A stretch of DNA of 64,000 nt. Source: a virus. Lineage: Duplodnaviria > Heunggongvirae > Uroviricota > Caudoviricetes. A program made the position numbers and the translations under genes. Shown here piece by piece: positions 45,347 through 54,451 of this stretch (position 1 is its first letter; every line of letters starts with the position of its first letter). Below the pieces are notes generated by a model. The model made no database searches and was not told the origin of the DNA. It saw only the letters and a list, made by a program, of their open reading frames with translations. Where the stretch lies: positions 46,825-110,824 of the IMG/VR virus record IMGVR_UViG_3300020156_000003, one strand, 5' to 3'.

Positions 45347-45694
45347 ATGGGTCAAGTTTTGGAATTCAAGCCGCGCAAGGTAGAGGACAAGCGTCCCACA
45401 GCCGACGTTCGCCCGATGCCACAGCCGCTAAGGAGCAAGCTGCGTAGCGCAGAGGACATGCGTCCGCGCGGCGAGGGCGAAGCCAAAGCGATGGCGACCG
45501 TGGCGCAGTTCATCGACCTCAAGGCGATGGGTGTCGAGGAGATGATCAAGCAGTCCGCCGTCATGCAGGTCGTCTCCACCCTGGCGTTCTACGCCAGGCA
45601 GGGCTACGACGGCGGCGAGAAAGCCCGTCGCGCACTGGTCGCCATGCGCGAAATCATGGGCGCTGAGGCATCGGAAGCTGCACCGGCGGTTTAA
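45347..45694 (+). CDS. Hypothetical protein
   Basis: GGAGAAG RBS. Confidence 0.45.
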   Translation: MGQVLEFKPRKVEDKRPTADVRPMPQPLRSKLRSAEDMRPRGEGEAKAMATVAQFIDLKAMGVEEMIKQSAVMQVVSTLAFYARQGYDGGEKARRALVAMREIMGAEASEAAPAV

Positions 45695-45758
45695 CCAGGA
45701 CGCCCGTTGCGCCTGCTTCGGGCTTGTATTGTTTCATCACACGTAGAAAGGGAAACAC

Positions 45759-46289
45759 ATGAAGAAAAGCCTTCTTGCACTGGCGATTGTTGGTGCGCTC
45801 ATGGCGGGTTGCAGCGATAGCAGCAGCGACATCGCACGCACGCCGCAATACGCCGCGCCGGCTGTACCGCAGCCGCAAGTGGCGGCACCCGCGGCCGCAG
45901 CGCCCGTGGTCGTGCAGCAGTCCTCCGGCGGCAGCAGCACTGGCGACCTGCTGACCGGCGCTGCATTGGGCTACATGGCGGGAAACCTGCTCAACGGTGG
46001 CGGTTCGCGACAGCAAGCTGCACCGGAGACGCGCGTCATCGAGCGCCGCACTGTGGTCAACAACTATATCGAGCGCCCCTCGCCTGCAAAGGCAACCCCG
46101 CCGGCCGCATCGACCCCGACGCCTGCCGCGCCCGCAAAGCCAAGCTACGCCGCAGCGTACGCACAAGCTAAACCAACACCTGCGCCGGCACCATCCAAGC
46201 CGAGCTATGCGTCGAGCTACAGCGCCAGCCGCAGCACGTCGTCCTTCAGCAGTCCGTCGCGTTCGTCGTTCTCGTCCGGCCGCCGCTGA
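45759..46289 (+). CDS. Lipoprotein with low-complexity Pro/Ala/Ser composition.
   Basis: Signal peptide with lipobox LMAGC. AAAGGGAAA RBS. Confidence 0.6.
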   Translation: MKKSLLALAIVGALMAGCSDSSSDIARTPQYAAPAVPQPQVAAPAAAAPVVVQQSSGGSSTGDLLTGAALGYMAGNLLNGGGSRQQAAPETRVIERRTVVNNYIERPSPAKATPPAASTPTPAAPAKPSYAAAYAQAKPTPAPAPSKPSYASSYSASRSTSSFSSPSRSSFSSGRR

Positions 46290-46290
46290 T

Positions 46291-46428
46291 ATGACGATTC
46301 TTTTCAATGGCAGCACCGTGTTCTGGATTGCGCTGATCTGTTTGGCGGTCGGCGGAATCCTCGGTGCGGCTGCCGGCATCGAAGTCAATCAAAAAGCCAA
46401 CAACCTCCTGAAGAAAAAGAAGACATGA
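46291..46428 (+). CDS. Small transmembrane protein
   Basis: TGATATG coupling with the upstream gene. One hydrophobic helix. Confidence 0.35.
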   Translation: MTILFNGSTVFWIALICLAVGGILGAAAGIEVNQKANNLLKKKKT

Positions 46429-47261
46429 CCTTTCCTGTAAAAGTGATCGAGGACAGCATCGCCAGCAATGGCAAGCGCCTCACCACGCTGCAACTGAGCT
46501 ACCCGCGTTTCATCCACGCCGAGTTCATGACGCACCGTGTTTTCAGCCGCAACGCCTCGTCGTCCCGCGCCATTCCGGTCGCCAAGATGATCGAGCAGGT
46601 GCGCAACAACCCCGCCATGCCGATCCATTGGGGCAAGAACCAGCCTGGCATGCAGGCGAACGAGCAACTGACCGGCGACGAACTGCGCCAGGCGAAAGAG
46701 GCATGGATGACGGCCGCGCAACTTGCGGCAACCCAGGCATCCATCCTCAACAGCATTGGCGCCCATAAACAGGTTGCCAACCGCATCCTGGAGCCGTTCC
46801 AGTTCATCCATGTGATCGTGACGGCGTCCGAGTGGGACAACTTCTTCAGCCTGCGTGCGCATCCCGACGCGCAGCCGGAGATCCAGGCGCTCGCCGTCGA
46901 AATGCGTCGCCAGATGCTCATGTCGTGTCCTGTCAAGCGCGCGTGTGACCGGCAGAACGCTTACGGCTGGCACCTGCCGTATGTGACCCGCGACGAGCGT
47001 GTTGCCTACAACGACACGCCCGAATTCCTGGCGAAGCTGTCGGCAGCCCGTTGCGCTCGGGTGTCCTACCTGAACCACGACGGCACCACGCCTTCGATAG
47101 AGAAGGACTTGGAGCTGTATGACCGCCTGGTCGGGATGCGTCCGCTGCACGCTTCGCCGATCGAGCATCAGGCTTACCCGCTGCCGAAGGCGGATCAGCG
47201 CAGCAACAACTTCGTCGGCTGGCGGCAGTATCGCGAGCTGGTCGAGCATTCCTTCAACTAA
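46425..47261 (+). CDS. thyX: Flavin-dependent thymidylate synthase
   Basis: ThyX motif RHR...S...SxR, seen as MTHRVFSRNASSSRAIP. Confidence 0.85.
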   Translation: MTFPVKVIEDSIASNGKRLTTLQLSYPRFIHAEFMTHRVFSRNASSSRAIPVAKMIEQVRNNPAMPIHWGKNQPGMQANEQLTGDELRQAKEAWMTAAQLAATQASILNSIGAHKQVANRILEPFQFIHVIVTASEWDNFFSLRAHPDAQPEIQALAVEMRRQMLMSCPVKRACDRQNAYGWHLPYVTRDERVAYNDTPEFLAKLSAARCARVSYLNHDGTTPSIEKDLELYDRLVGMRPLHASPIEHQAYPLPKADQRSNNFVGWRQYRELVEHSFN

Positions 47262-47275
47262 CCGGAGATCCAGAC

Positions 47276-47599
47276 ATGAAATACATCCTCGCAATCCTGT
47301 TCGGCAAAGACTACGTCAACAAGGCTATCGTCCCGTTCGTCGGCGGCAAGAAGACGGTCAACACCGCGCTGATCCACTTCAACAAGGCGCTGGCTGACCT
47401 CGAAGCGGTTGAGAAGGCCGAAGCCGCTGAAGCCGAGCGCAAGAAGCAGGAAATCGCCGAAGCGCAAGCGGCCCTGGCCGCGTCGACCGCCGAAGCCACC
47501 CGCGCCCGCAACGTCGCCGGCCGCATTCGCAGCCTGCTTGGCGAAGACCTCGACGATGCGCCCGTCAATCTGCGCGTGGCCCAGTTCGACGCTCGCTGA
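47276..47599 (+). CDS. Hypothetical coiled-coil protein
   Basis: ORF with an Ala/Glu-rich helix. Confidence 0.45.
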   Translation: MKYILAILFGKDYVNKAIVPFVGGKKTVNTALIHFNKALADLEAVEKAEAAEAERKKQEIAEAQAALAASTAEATRARNVAGRIRSLLGEDLDDAPVNLRVAQFDAR

Positions 47600-47606
47600 T
47601 TCGCCT

Positions 47607-47639
47607 AAGTCACTGGTGATGCAATCTCGCATCACCAGC
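47607..47639 (+). promoter_or_regulatory. A TAAGTCAC half-site plus a 10 bp hairpin.
   Basis: CTGGTGATGC-aatctc-GCATCACCAG, with no U-tract after the stem. Confidence 0.4.
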
Positions 47640-47668
47640 CGCCCAACACCTACAACCTGGAGAAACAC

Positions 47669-48304
47669 ATGGATTCCAAGACCTACATTGCCAACGCCAT
47701 TCGCACCGAGAGCGTGCCGGAGAAGCTGACCGTTCATGAAACGGCCTTCCACGCGCTCCTGGAGATGGCGACGGCAACCGCGCTGATCGCCGATCAGTTC
47801 AAGCGTCGCCTCTACTACGGCAAGCCGATGGACAAGCAAAAGCTGCTCGCCAACATCAGTCTCGTCTACCACATGGCCGGCTACCTCGGCGCCGGCATCG
47901 AAGGGGGCGTGGACTTCGACAGCCGCATTTCCGACGAGGTAATGGCGAAGACGCGCGCTGACATGCCGGAAGAAATCCGCAACATGAATCTGGACAACCT
48001 GAACATTCGCCTGCTGCACGCGGCCCTCGGCGTGTTCACCGAAGCCGGCGAGGCGCTGGAAGCGCTGCGCACGCAGTATGAAACCGGCGCGCTGGACGTG
48101 GTCAATGTCGGTGAAGAACTGGCCGGCGACGTGTCCTGGTATCAGGCGATCGGCATCGATGCCGCGGGCCTCGATCTCGACAATGAGCGCGCGAAGAATA
48201 TCGCCAAGTTGAAGCTGCGCTATCCCAACAAGTTCGACGCAGAGGCGGCGGTCAACCGTGACGTGGCGGCCGAGCGGGCAGTCCTCGAAGGCCAGGTCGC
48301 GTAA
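47669..48304 (+). CDS. MazG-like nucleotide pyrophosphohydrolase
   Basis: All-alpha protein with EE.GE-type acidic motifs. C-terminal KLKLRYPNKF resembles the MazG KLxRRHPHVF motif. Confidence 0.5.
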   Translation: MDSKTYIANAIRTESVPEKLTVHETAFHALLEMATATALIADQFKRRLYYGKPMDKQKLLANISLVYHMAGYLGAGIEGGVDFDSRISDEVMAKTRADMPEEIRNMNLDNLNIRLLHAALGVFTEAGEALEALRTQYETGALDVVNVGEELAGDVSWYQAIGIDAAGLDLDNERAKNIAKLKLRYPNKFDAEAAVNRDVAAERAVLEGQVA

Positions 48305-48933
48305 TGATCAGCTTGACCGGCGCACACCGCACCGGCAAGACCTCGCTGGCGAAGGCGTATGCCGAGAAGCACGGCATTACCTTCGTCGCGACAACGGCCT
48401 CCGCGGTATTCAAGCGGCTGGGCCTGGATCCCGCCAAGACCTACGACTTCGGCACGCGCCTGATGGTGCAGTCCGAGATCCTGAAGGAATTTGACGTGAT
48501 TTGGGGCCAGCACAGTCTGGAGCAGGCCATCACCGACCGCTGTCCGATCGACCTGCTTGGTTACACGATGGCAGAGGCGGTCGGGACTGCCGTCAAAAAG
48601 AAGGAGATCGACCGCTTCGAGCGGTATGTGCAGGAGTGCTTCGATGTCCTCAACAAGCGCTTCTCCGTGATTGTGCTGGTGCAGCCTGGCATCCCGATCG
48701 TCAAGGAGAAGGGCAAGGCGGCGTTGAACAAAGCCTACATCGAGCACCTGAACAGCACGATGTTTGGCTTGATGATGGACGAGCGTACCCGCGTGGCGCA
48801 TTACTACATCCGTCGCAACATGACGGACATGGATGATCGCCTCTCGGCGCTCGAAAACGCGGTCGGCAAGGTGGACTACGCATTCAAGCAGGACGCGCTG
48901 GCGTATCGCGCCAGTGGTGGCGTGTTTCACTAG
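48304..48933 (+). CDS. P-loop NTPase, a nucleotide or nucleoside kinase-like protein.
   Basis: Walker A GAHRTGKTS. Resembles AAA_28 / dNMP-kinase-like proteins. Confidence 0.5.
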   Translation: MISLTGAHRTGKTSLAKAYAEKHGITFVATTASAVFKRLGLDPAKTYDFGTRLMVQSEILKEFDVIWGQHSLEQAITDRCPIDLLGYTMAEAVGTAVKKKEIDRFERYVQECFDVLNKRFSVIVLVQPGIPIVKEKGKAALNKAYIEHLNSTMFGLMMDERTRVAHYYIRRNMTDMDDRLSALENAVGKVDYAFKQDALAYRASGGVFH

Positions 48934-48940
48934 GATGGGC

Positions 48941-48976
48941 GTCAGGCTAAGTCATCACTGACTTGTAAGTCCTGAC
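48941..48976. promoter_or_regulatory. Nested palindromes
   Basis: GTCAGG-cta-AAGTCATCACTGACTT-gtaagt-CCTGAC. Followed by TAATAT and then GTGACTTAT. Confidence 0.55.
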
Positions 48977-49038
48977 GAACATCAGTAATATGTGACTTAT
49001 CGACATGCGCACGGTTGCGCACATTTAGGGAGAGCCAA

Positions 49039-49620
49039 ATGGCAAACACACGCCTGACACAGACCATCCGTAAGGAAATTCTGGATGCCGCCATGAAGAA
49101 TGCATACCTGGCGGACGAAAAGCAAATCGACGACAAGATGCGCGACCTGTCCGAGCGCATCTACTACGCGCTCGTTACGCCGGAGCAAGAGAAGGCAATG
49201 AACAAGTTGCCGCATGGCTTTTTCAACCTGTCGTCGGCCAAGAGCGCGCGTCTCCGCGAGACGAGCAACGGCAGCTATCGCTACATTCAATTGAAGTTCG
49301 CGAAGGAGCGTCGCCTTCCGGCCTTTTGCTCCGGATACAACGACATCGACCTGACCGACCGCGCCCTGTATGACGCCTACATCGAGATCGAACGGCAGGA
49401 AAAGGCGCTGGGTGAAAAGCGGCAAAAGCTGGAGACGGAAATCAGCGCCGTCCTCAGTTCGGCCAATACGGTGCAGAAGCTCCTGGATGTGTGGCCCGAG
49501 GCAAAACCCTTCATTCCGGCATACGTCTTCGCCCCGAAGGCGGCATTGCCGGCGATCGTGACCGGCAAGCTCAACGAATTGCTGAAGCAGGCACGTCCTG
49601 AACTCGCCGCTGCCGCCTGA
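49039..49620 (+). CDS. Hypothetical protein
   Basis: AGGGAGAG RBS. Confidence 0.5.
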   Translation: MANTRLTQTIRKEILDAAMKNAYLADEKQIDDKMRDLSERIYYALVTPEQEKAMNKLPHGFFNLSSAKSARLRETSNGSYRYIQLKFAKERRLPAFCSGYNDIDLTDRALYDAYIEIERQEKALGEKRQKLETEISAVLSSANTVQKLLDVWPEAKPFIPAYVFAPKAALPAIVTGKLNELLKQARPELAAAA

Positions 49621-49624
49621 CGCC

Positions 49625-49819
49625 ATGACTGACCATCAAATAATCGCGCTTGCCCTCTGGGGCACGGCGGGCGCCACGGTCGTCTTCCTGGTCTTGCAGG
49701 CGCTCGGCCAATTGTTCGGCTTCAAGAACATCGTCGGCATGATCCTGGCGGCGCTGATCATGCGCGTCGCGCCGTTCGCACTGGTCGGCTACACGATTTG
49801 GGCGTTCTGGCCGAAATGA
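49625..49819 (+). CDS. Small protein with two transmembrane segments.
   Basis: Hydrophobic ORF. Confidence 0.4.
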   Translation: MTDHQIIALALWGTAGATVVFLVLQALGQLFGFKNIVGMILAALIMRVAPFALVGYTIWAFWPK

Positions 49820-50235
49820 GCGCAGAGCCGAACTTCCCGACGCTGCGCGAGGAACTGGATCGTAAGGCGTTTCAGACTCTCGACTGGCTGTTCACTTCGC
49901 TGGACAACGGGAAGTTGACGGCGGCGCAGTTCTCGACGGGCCTGGATGCGCTGTTCATGGCGACTTCGGGCCTGGTCGACGACGAGATCGCCACGCTGGT
50001 CACCGGCGCTGCCAGCATGGCAAAGCAGGGCGTGTTCAAGCGCGTATTTGTGCGCGGCGCGAATGTGATCGTGCTGACCCGCGTGGCTAGCGCTTCATCC
50101 TTTCTGATCATCGGCTACCACGGCGGCGAGCAGAGGACTGAGCGCATCGAGGAGTGCGATTCGTCGAAAGAGGCGGCGCAACTGTTTGAGCGGCGCGTTC
50201 AGCAGTTGTTGGACAAGGGATTTTCGGAGCTATGA
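49816..50235 (+). CDS. Hypothetical protein
   Basis: ATGA coupling with the upstream gene. Confidence 0.45.
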   Translation: MSAEPNFPTLREELDRKAFQTLDWLFTSLDNGKLTAAQFSTGLDALFMATSGLVDDEIATLVTGAASMAKQGVFKRVFVRGANVIVLTRVASASSFLIIGYHGGEQRTERIEECDSSKEAAQLFERRVQQLLDKGFSEL

Positions 50236-50657
50236 AGGCAAGCACATCACTGGCGGCCTACCACTCGATCAGCATGACAGAGCTGGAGGAGCGCGTGCTG
50301 GAGGTTATCGAGGCGTCCGGTATGGACGGCTGCATCTCGGACGAAGTCCAGGCGTGCTATCCGAAGCTGTCCTATTCGTCGGTGACGGCGCGGTTTTCGT
50401 CGCTGGAGAAGAAGGGGCTGATCTACCGCAATGGCGACACCCGACCGGGCGTGTCGGGGCGCCAGCAGCAGGTCATGCGCCTTGGTAAGTACAAGGGCAT
50501 GGTGCCGGTCGTGAGGCCGCCCAAGCCTGTCAAGGTCAAGCGGTCGGGCTTCCTCAACGGGCTGATGTACGCGGCCAGGCTCATGCTGGCGGCGCCCGAC
50601 CTGGAGGAAGCCAAGCGGCAGATGAAGAAGGAAATTTTGAAAGCAGCTAAACGATAG
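50232..50657 (+). CDS. Winged-helix DNA-binding protein candidate
   Basis: ELEERVLEVIEASGMDGCISDEVQ...FSSLEKKGLIYRNGDTRPG resembles the MarR/ArsR winged-helix fold. Confidence 0.45.
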   Translation: MKASTSLAAYHSISMTELEERVLEVIEASGMDGCISDEVQACYPKLSYSSVTARFSSLEKKGLIYRNGDTRPGVSGRQQQVMRLGKYKGMVPVVRPPKPVKVKRSGFLNGLMYAARLMLAAPDLEEAKRQMKKEILKAAKR

Positions 50658-50665
50658 GAGAAAGC

Positions 50666-50902
50666 ATGGCAAGAGTAGCAGTGGGCGACACCGTGCGCCT
50701 GAACGATCACGGTTTGCGGCAGGTCTTCGGGCGCTGCCTCGGGTTGGCGCACATGAAGACGCTGGAGATGAAAATTACCAGCGTTGACCGGGAGTCCATG
50801 ACCGAGCCGGAAAAGACGTATGTGGTCTGCGTGGACAATCCGGAGATCGACGCCTACATGATCGACGACCAGTGTTTTGACGTAGTCAAGAAAGGAGCCT
50901 GA
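50666..50902 (+). CDS. Hypothetical protein
   Basis: ORF with an AGGAGAAAG RBS. Confidence 0.4.
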   Translation: MARVAVGDTVRLNDHGLRQVFGRCLGLAHMKTLEMKITSVDRESMTEPEKTYVVCVDNPEIDAYMIDDQCFDVVKKGA

Positions 50903-50903
50903 C

Positions 50904-51245
50904 ATGGCTAGACTGCATATCCCGCCGCTCGGCGCCAAGCTGACGCTGGCGCAAGACTGGACGTTCGACCTGTTCGGCGAATACCGCAATGACGGTTTGT
51001 TCCGCGCGCTCAAGATTGCGAAACCGACCGACCCGAGCGGCTTCTACGCCGACCATCTGAGCAAGCCAGTGACGCTGCCGGTCGGCAGCGAGCTGATCGT
51101 GCGCCGCTACTACATCCGGCAGGGCAACGCCGCCTTCGACAGCGTGACGTTCAGCGTCAAGGTCGGCAAGAAGTCCACCCGTTTCTGGGCCAAGCTCGGC
51201 GACGTGAACCGCATCCAATTGGTCGAGGAGGGCGTCAATGGCTAA
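50904..51245 (+). CDS. Hypothetical protein
   Basis: ORF. Confidence 0.4.
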   Translation: MARLHIPPLGAKLTLAQDWTFDLFGEYRNDGLFRALKIAKPTDPSGFYADHLSKPVTLPVGSELIVRRYYIRQGNAAFDSVTFSVKVGKKSTRFWAKLGDVNRIQLVEEGVNG

Positions 51246-51549
51246 GACTGTCGGCGATTTCAAGATTCCGTTCGATGCGGACGGCAACCAGCTTCACTAC
51301 GAGGGCTACGGCAAGGTGGATTGGCGCCCCAACGATCCGTTCCAGGACACGCTGACCTTTGAAGGCTTTAGCCGCGGGCGCAGCGCTGCCTACCTGCGCT
51401 TTAAACGCAGCGATGGCGCCGATGTCGTGGTCTTCCTGAAGGACTTCGCGGAGATGGTGCCGCACATGGTTCACGGCAAAGTCACCGGCACGTTCCGTCA
51501 CATCAAGCGCGGCACGAACTTTGGCACCACGATGATGGCGGGCCTCTGA
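51238..51549 (+). CDS. Hypothetical protein
   Basis: ORF. Confidence 0.4.
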   Translation: MAKTVGDFKIPFDADGNQLHYEGYGKVDWRPNDPFQDTLTFEGFSRGRSAAYLRFKRSDGADVVVFLKDFAEMVPHMVHGKVTGTFRHIKRGTNFGTTMMAGL

Positions 51550-51776
51550 TGCAGAGCCGTCGCCACAGCCTTGAGGAGACGATCGTGTCCACCTGTGTGG
51601 GCCTGGCTGTTTCCACGCTGCTGAACTACGCCGTCGTGCCGTTCATCCTGAAGACCGACGTGTCCATCGGCGAGAACGTGGCCCTGACCGCCATCTTCAC
51701 GGTGGCGTCGATCCTGCGCGGTTACTGCATTCGTCGGCACTACAACGGCAAGTTGAAGAAGTCCTTGTCGAAATAG
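51549..51776 (+). CDS. Small transmembrane protein
   Basis: Hydrophobic ORF. Confidence 0.35.
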   Translation: MQSRRHSLEETIVSTCVGLAVSTLLNYAVVPFILKTDVSIGENVALTAIFTVASILRGYCIRRHYNGKLKKSLSK

Positions 51777-51789
51777 GTTTCTTTTGCGC

Positions 51790-51817
51790 TATAATTCAGT
51801 AAGTCAACAGTGACTTA
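51790..51817. promoter_or_regulatory. TATAAT plus operator palindrome plus Shine-Dalgarno sequence.
   Basis: TATAATTCAGTAAGTCAACAGTGACTTAACAAAGGGAG-N8-ATG. The 27 nt block is near-identical to the one at 20927. Confidence 0.6.
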
Positions 51818-51833
51818 ACAAAGGGAGCAACAT

Positions 51834-52028
51834 ATGATCTTTCGCCTGCTTTTCGCGTTCGTCGTGATTTCGGCTGCAACCGCCGGCTTCATGCACCTGG
51901 CGCTTTTCACCAATTACTTCAAGAACGGCGCACGTCTCCAGCGCATCGCCAAGACCAGCCTGGTGCTGGCCGTCGGCGGGCTGCTGGCGATCGTGACGCT
52001 GTTCTTTCTCGTTCTCGCAACGTCTTAA
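51834..52028 (+). CDS. Small protein with two transmembrane segments.
   Basis: Hydrophobic ORF. Confidence 0.4.
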   Translation: MIFRLLFAFVVISAATAGFMHLALFTNYFKNGARLQRIAKTSLVLAVGGLLAIVTLFFLVLATS

Positions 52029-52056
52029 CCTCCAACCACAAGAAAGGAAACACCAC

Positions 52057-52848
52057 ATGAAGAAACTCCTCGCACTCCTGGCCCTTGCGGCGACCACTCT
52101 GCTGACCGGCTGTGGCGGCACCATTGAACAAGGCAACGCCGGCCTGGTCTTTGACTGGCAGAAGAAATTCTCCGGCACCGAAGTTGCTGGCTTCTACTGG
52201 AAGCCGTTCTCCCGCGTGGACGAATACACGCTCAAGGAAATCAACGTGCCGATCAACGACCTGCGGCCCAAAGCCAAAGACAACCTGTCGATGGCCGACC
52301 TGGATGTGGACGTGATGTATCGCGTGACCAGCCCCGACGCACTGGCCCGCCTGGCCCTCAAGCGCACCGGACAGTCGACCAAGTTCGACGGCGCCGACTA
52401 CTTCGCACCGGCGTTCCACTACGTCCGAAGCACCGCGGAATCTCGCATTGCCGACGCCGTGTCGGAATTTGACAGCCTGAAGATCCACCAGAACCGCGAT
52501 GAATTGGCGAAGGCGATCAAGGAAAAGCTCCAGGCGTCGCTTGATGCCGAAGACAAGGGCGACTTCCAGATTACCCGCGTCATCGTCCGTCGCGCCGTCA
52601 CCGACCAGTCCGTCGAAGATTCGATCCGCAAGGTCGTGAACAAGCAGAAGGAGAAGGAAGCTGCTGACCTCGAAGAAGGCATCCAGCAGGCATTGGCCCG
52701 CGCTAACGAGCGCAAGACCGCCGGCCTGTCTCCGTCCGTACTGCAAGAGAAGTATCTGGACGCGATGAAGGCGTGCGCCTCGAACCAGCATTGCACCATG
52801 ATCATCGACGGCACGTCCAGCCAGAAGATGCTCAACCTCGGCAAGTAA
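52057..52848 (+). CDS. Lipoprotein with an SPFH/band-7-like domain.
   Basis: Lipobox LLTGC. SPFH-like core with a coiled-coil tail. Confidence 0.5.
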   Translation: MKKLLALLALAATTLLTGCGGTIEQGNAGLVFDWQKKFSGTEVAGFYWKPFSRVDEYTLKEINVPINDLRPKAKDNLSMADLDVDVMYRVTSPDALARLALKRTGQSTKFDGADYFAPAFHYVRSTAESRIADAVSEFDSLKIHQNRDELAKAIKEKLQASLDAEDKGDFQITRVIVRRAVTDQSVEDSIRKVVNKQKEKEAADLEEGIQQALARANERKTAGLSPSVLQEKYLDAMKACASNQHCTMIIDGTSSQKMLNLGK

Positions 52849-52860
52849 AGTCTTGACCAC

Positions 52861-52888
52861 ATGCATCAGTCATCGTTGACTGATGCAT
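52861..52888. promoter_or_regulatory. Perfect 28 bp palindrome with an operator core.
   Basis: ATGCATCAGTCA-tcgt-TGACTGATGCAT. Confidence 0.6.
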
Positions 52889-52939
52889 GGAGTGAATGCT
52901 TTGCAACCTGGCGCAGTAACCACAACTTAGGGAGAAAAC

Positions 52940-53464
52940 ATGGCAACAAAGAAGCAACCGCAGCTCGGCAATACCGTTCGCTGCGTCGTGACCGGCCTCA
53001 CCGGCATCGCCTACCAAACAACTGAACTCGCGACCGGCACCATCCAGTATTCGGTGCAGCCGAAGTTGGCCGGCAAAGAGCCGATCGCCGGCGCAATCCC
53101 CGACGCCATCAGCATCGACGTGCAGCTCCTCGAATACATCGACGACGGCATTGCCGAGCGCGTGATTCAACCTGAAGTCACACCGATCAAGCTTGGCGCA
53201 GAAGTTGAGGATGTCGCCACGGGCATTGTTGGCATGACCACCTCCAAGGTGACGTTCGTCAACGGCTGCGTCTACTTCAATGTGCAGCCGAAGCAGACGA
53301 AGAAGCAAAAGGAAGAAGGTGTGATCCCCGACATTCAATTCATCTCCTCGAACCGCCTCAAGCAAATCGGCGCCGGCTTTTCCAAGCATGTCGAAAAGAA
53401 CCTGGACACGCCGCCCGAGAAGCGCACCGGCGGCCCGATGACCCGCGCTCGCCGCGCAATCTGA
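52940..53464 (+). CDS. Hypothetical protein
   Basis: AGGGAGAAAA RBS. Confidence 0.45.
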   Translation: MATKKQPQLGNTVRCVVTGLTGIAYQTTELATGTIQYSVQPKLAGKEPIAGAIPDAISIDVQLLEYIDDGIAERVIQPEVTPIKLGAEVEDVATGIVGMTTSKVTFVNGCVYFNVQPKQTKKQKEEGVIPDIQFISSNRLKQIGAGFSKHVEKNLDTPPEKRTGGPMTRARRAI

Positions 53465-53499
53465 ACCAATCCAACCACCCACCCACTCAGGAGAAAACC

Positions 53500-53799
53500 A
53501 TGAAAGTGACCATGTACCAAGCCAATGACAACTCGCTGCACAAGTCGCAGAAGGAGCGCGACGCGCGTAACGCCGAGCTGCGCCTGGCGCCGCTGGCCGA
53601 AGCCTTCGTCAATAACCTGCCCCTCGATCAGATCAGCAAGATCGAAGGCCATCCGGCAATCGCGCTCGAAGACCTGCCGACCTTCATCGTGAAGAACGCC
53701 GACGCCCTGCGCAAGACGCTCAATGAGGCGCTGATCGTGCGCCGCAAGAAGGCGGCGAAGAAGCAGGCTGCGACACCGGCGCTCGCCCCGTCCGCATAG
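53500..53799 (+). CDS. Hypothetical protein
   Basis: AGGAGAAAA RBS. Confidence 0.45.
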   Translation: MKVTMYQANDNSLHKSQKERDARNAELRLAPLAEAFVNNLPLDQISKIEGHPAIALEDLPTFIVKNADALRKTLNEALIVRRKKAAKKQAATPALAPSA

Positions 53800-53824
53800 A
53801 CCCGCCTGCGCTGAGTCTTTACCA

Positions 53825-53854
53825 TGTGCATAAGTCGTCACTGACTTATGCACA
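53825..53854. promoter_or_regulatory. Near-perfect 30 bp palindrome with an operator core.
   Basis: TGTGCATAAGTCG-tcac-TGACTTATGCACA. Confidence 0.6.
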
Positions 53855-53890
53855 GAGTAAGGGTTTAGCCAATAACTAAAGGAGCAATCA

Positions 53891-54451
53891 ATGCCAATCA
53901 TTCTCGGCGCTGATACCGAAACCACCGGACTGGAGCAGTCCGACGGCCATCGGATCATCGAAATCGCGCTGCTCGCCTACGACTTCGACACGCGCAAGTG
54001 CGTGGATCGCTACGTGCAGCGGATCGACCCTGAGCGCGCCATCGCGGCAGCGGCGCAAGAAGTGCATGGCATTTCCTACACCGAGCTGGTCGGGATGCCG
54101 AAGTGGGAAGCGGTCGCGCCGGAAGTCCACAAGCGCATGAGTGCCGCGCACGTCATGGTGGCGCACAACATGGGCTTTGACGGCCCGTTCATCGGCGCTG
54201 AACTGCTGCGCGTGGGCCTCAAGCTGCCCAACGTGACGCCATTCTGCACGATGGAGAACGGGCGGTTCGCGACATTCGACGGGAAGTTCCCGAAGCTCCA
54301 AGAGCTTTGCTTCGCGTTCGGTGTCCCGTATGACCCTGCCAAAGCGCACGCTGCTGATTACGACGTTGAAGTGACTATGGAGTGCTTCTTCAGAGGAATC
54401 GACCGCGGTTTCTACGTCTTGCCGGAACTGGAACTCGCGAAGGCAGCGTGA
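53891..54451 (+). CDS. DnaQ-like 3'-5' exonuclease, DEDDh family.
   Basis: Exo I motif LGADTETTGL. Exo II HNMGFDGPF. Exo III HAADYD. Confidence 0.8.
   Translation: MPIILGADTETTGLEQSDGHRIIEIALLAYDFDTRKCVDRYVQRIDPERAIAAAAQEVHGISYTELVGMPKWEAVAPEVHKRMSAAHVMVAHNMGFDGPFIGAELLRVGLKLPNVTPFCTMENGRFATFDGKFPKLQELCFAFGVPYDPAKAHAADYDVEVTMECFFRGIDRGFYVLPELELAKAA

Noticed and set aside
47614-47639. Hairpin as a rho-independent terminator
   Set aside because: A perfect 10 bp stem is present but no U-tract follows. It is listed as regulatory, not as a terminator.
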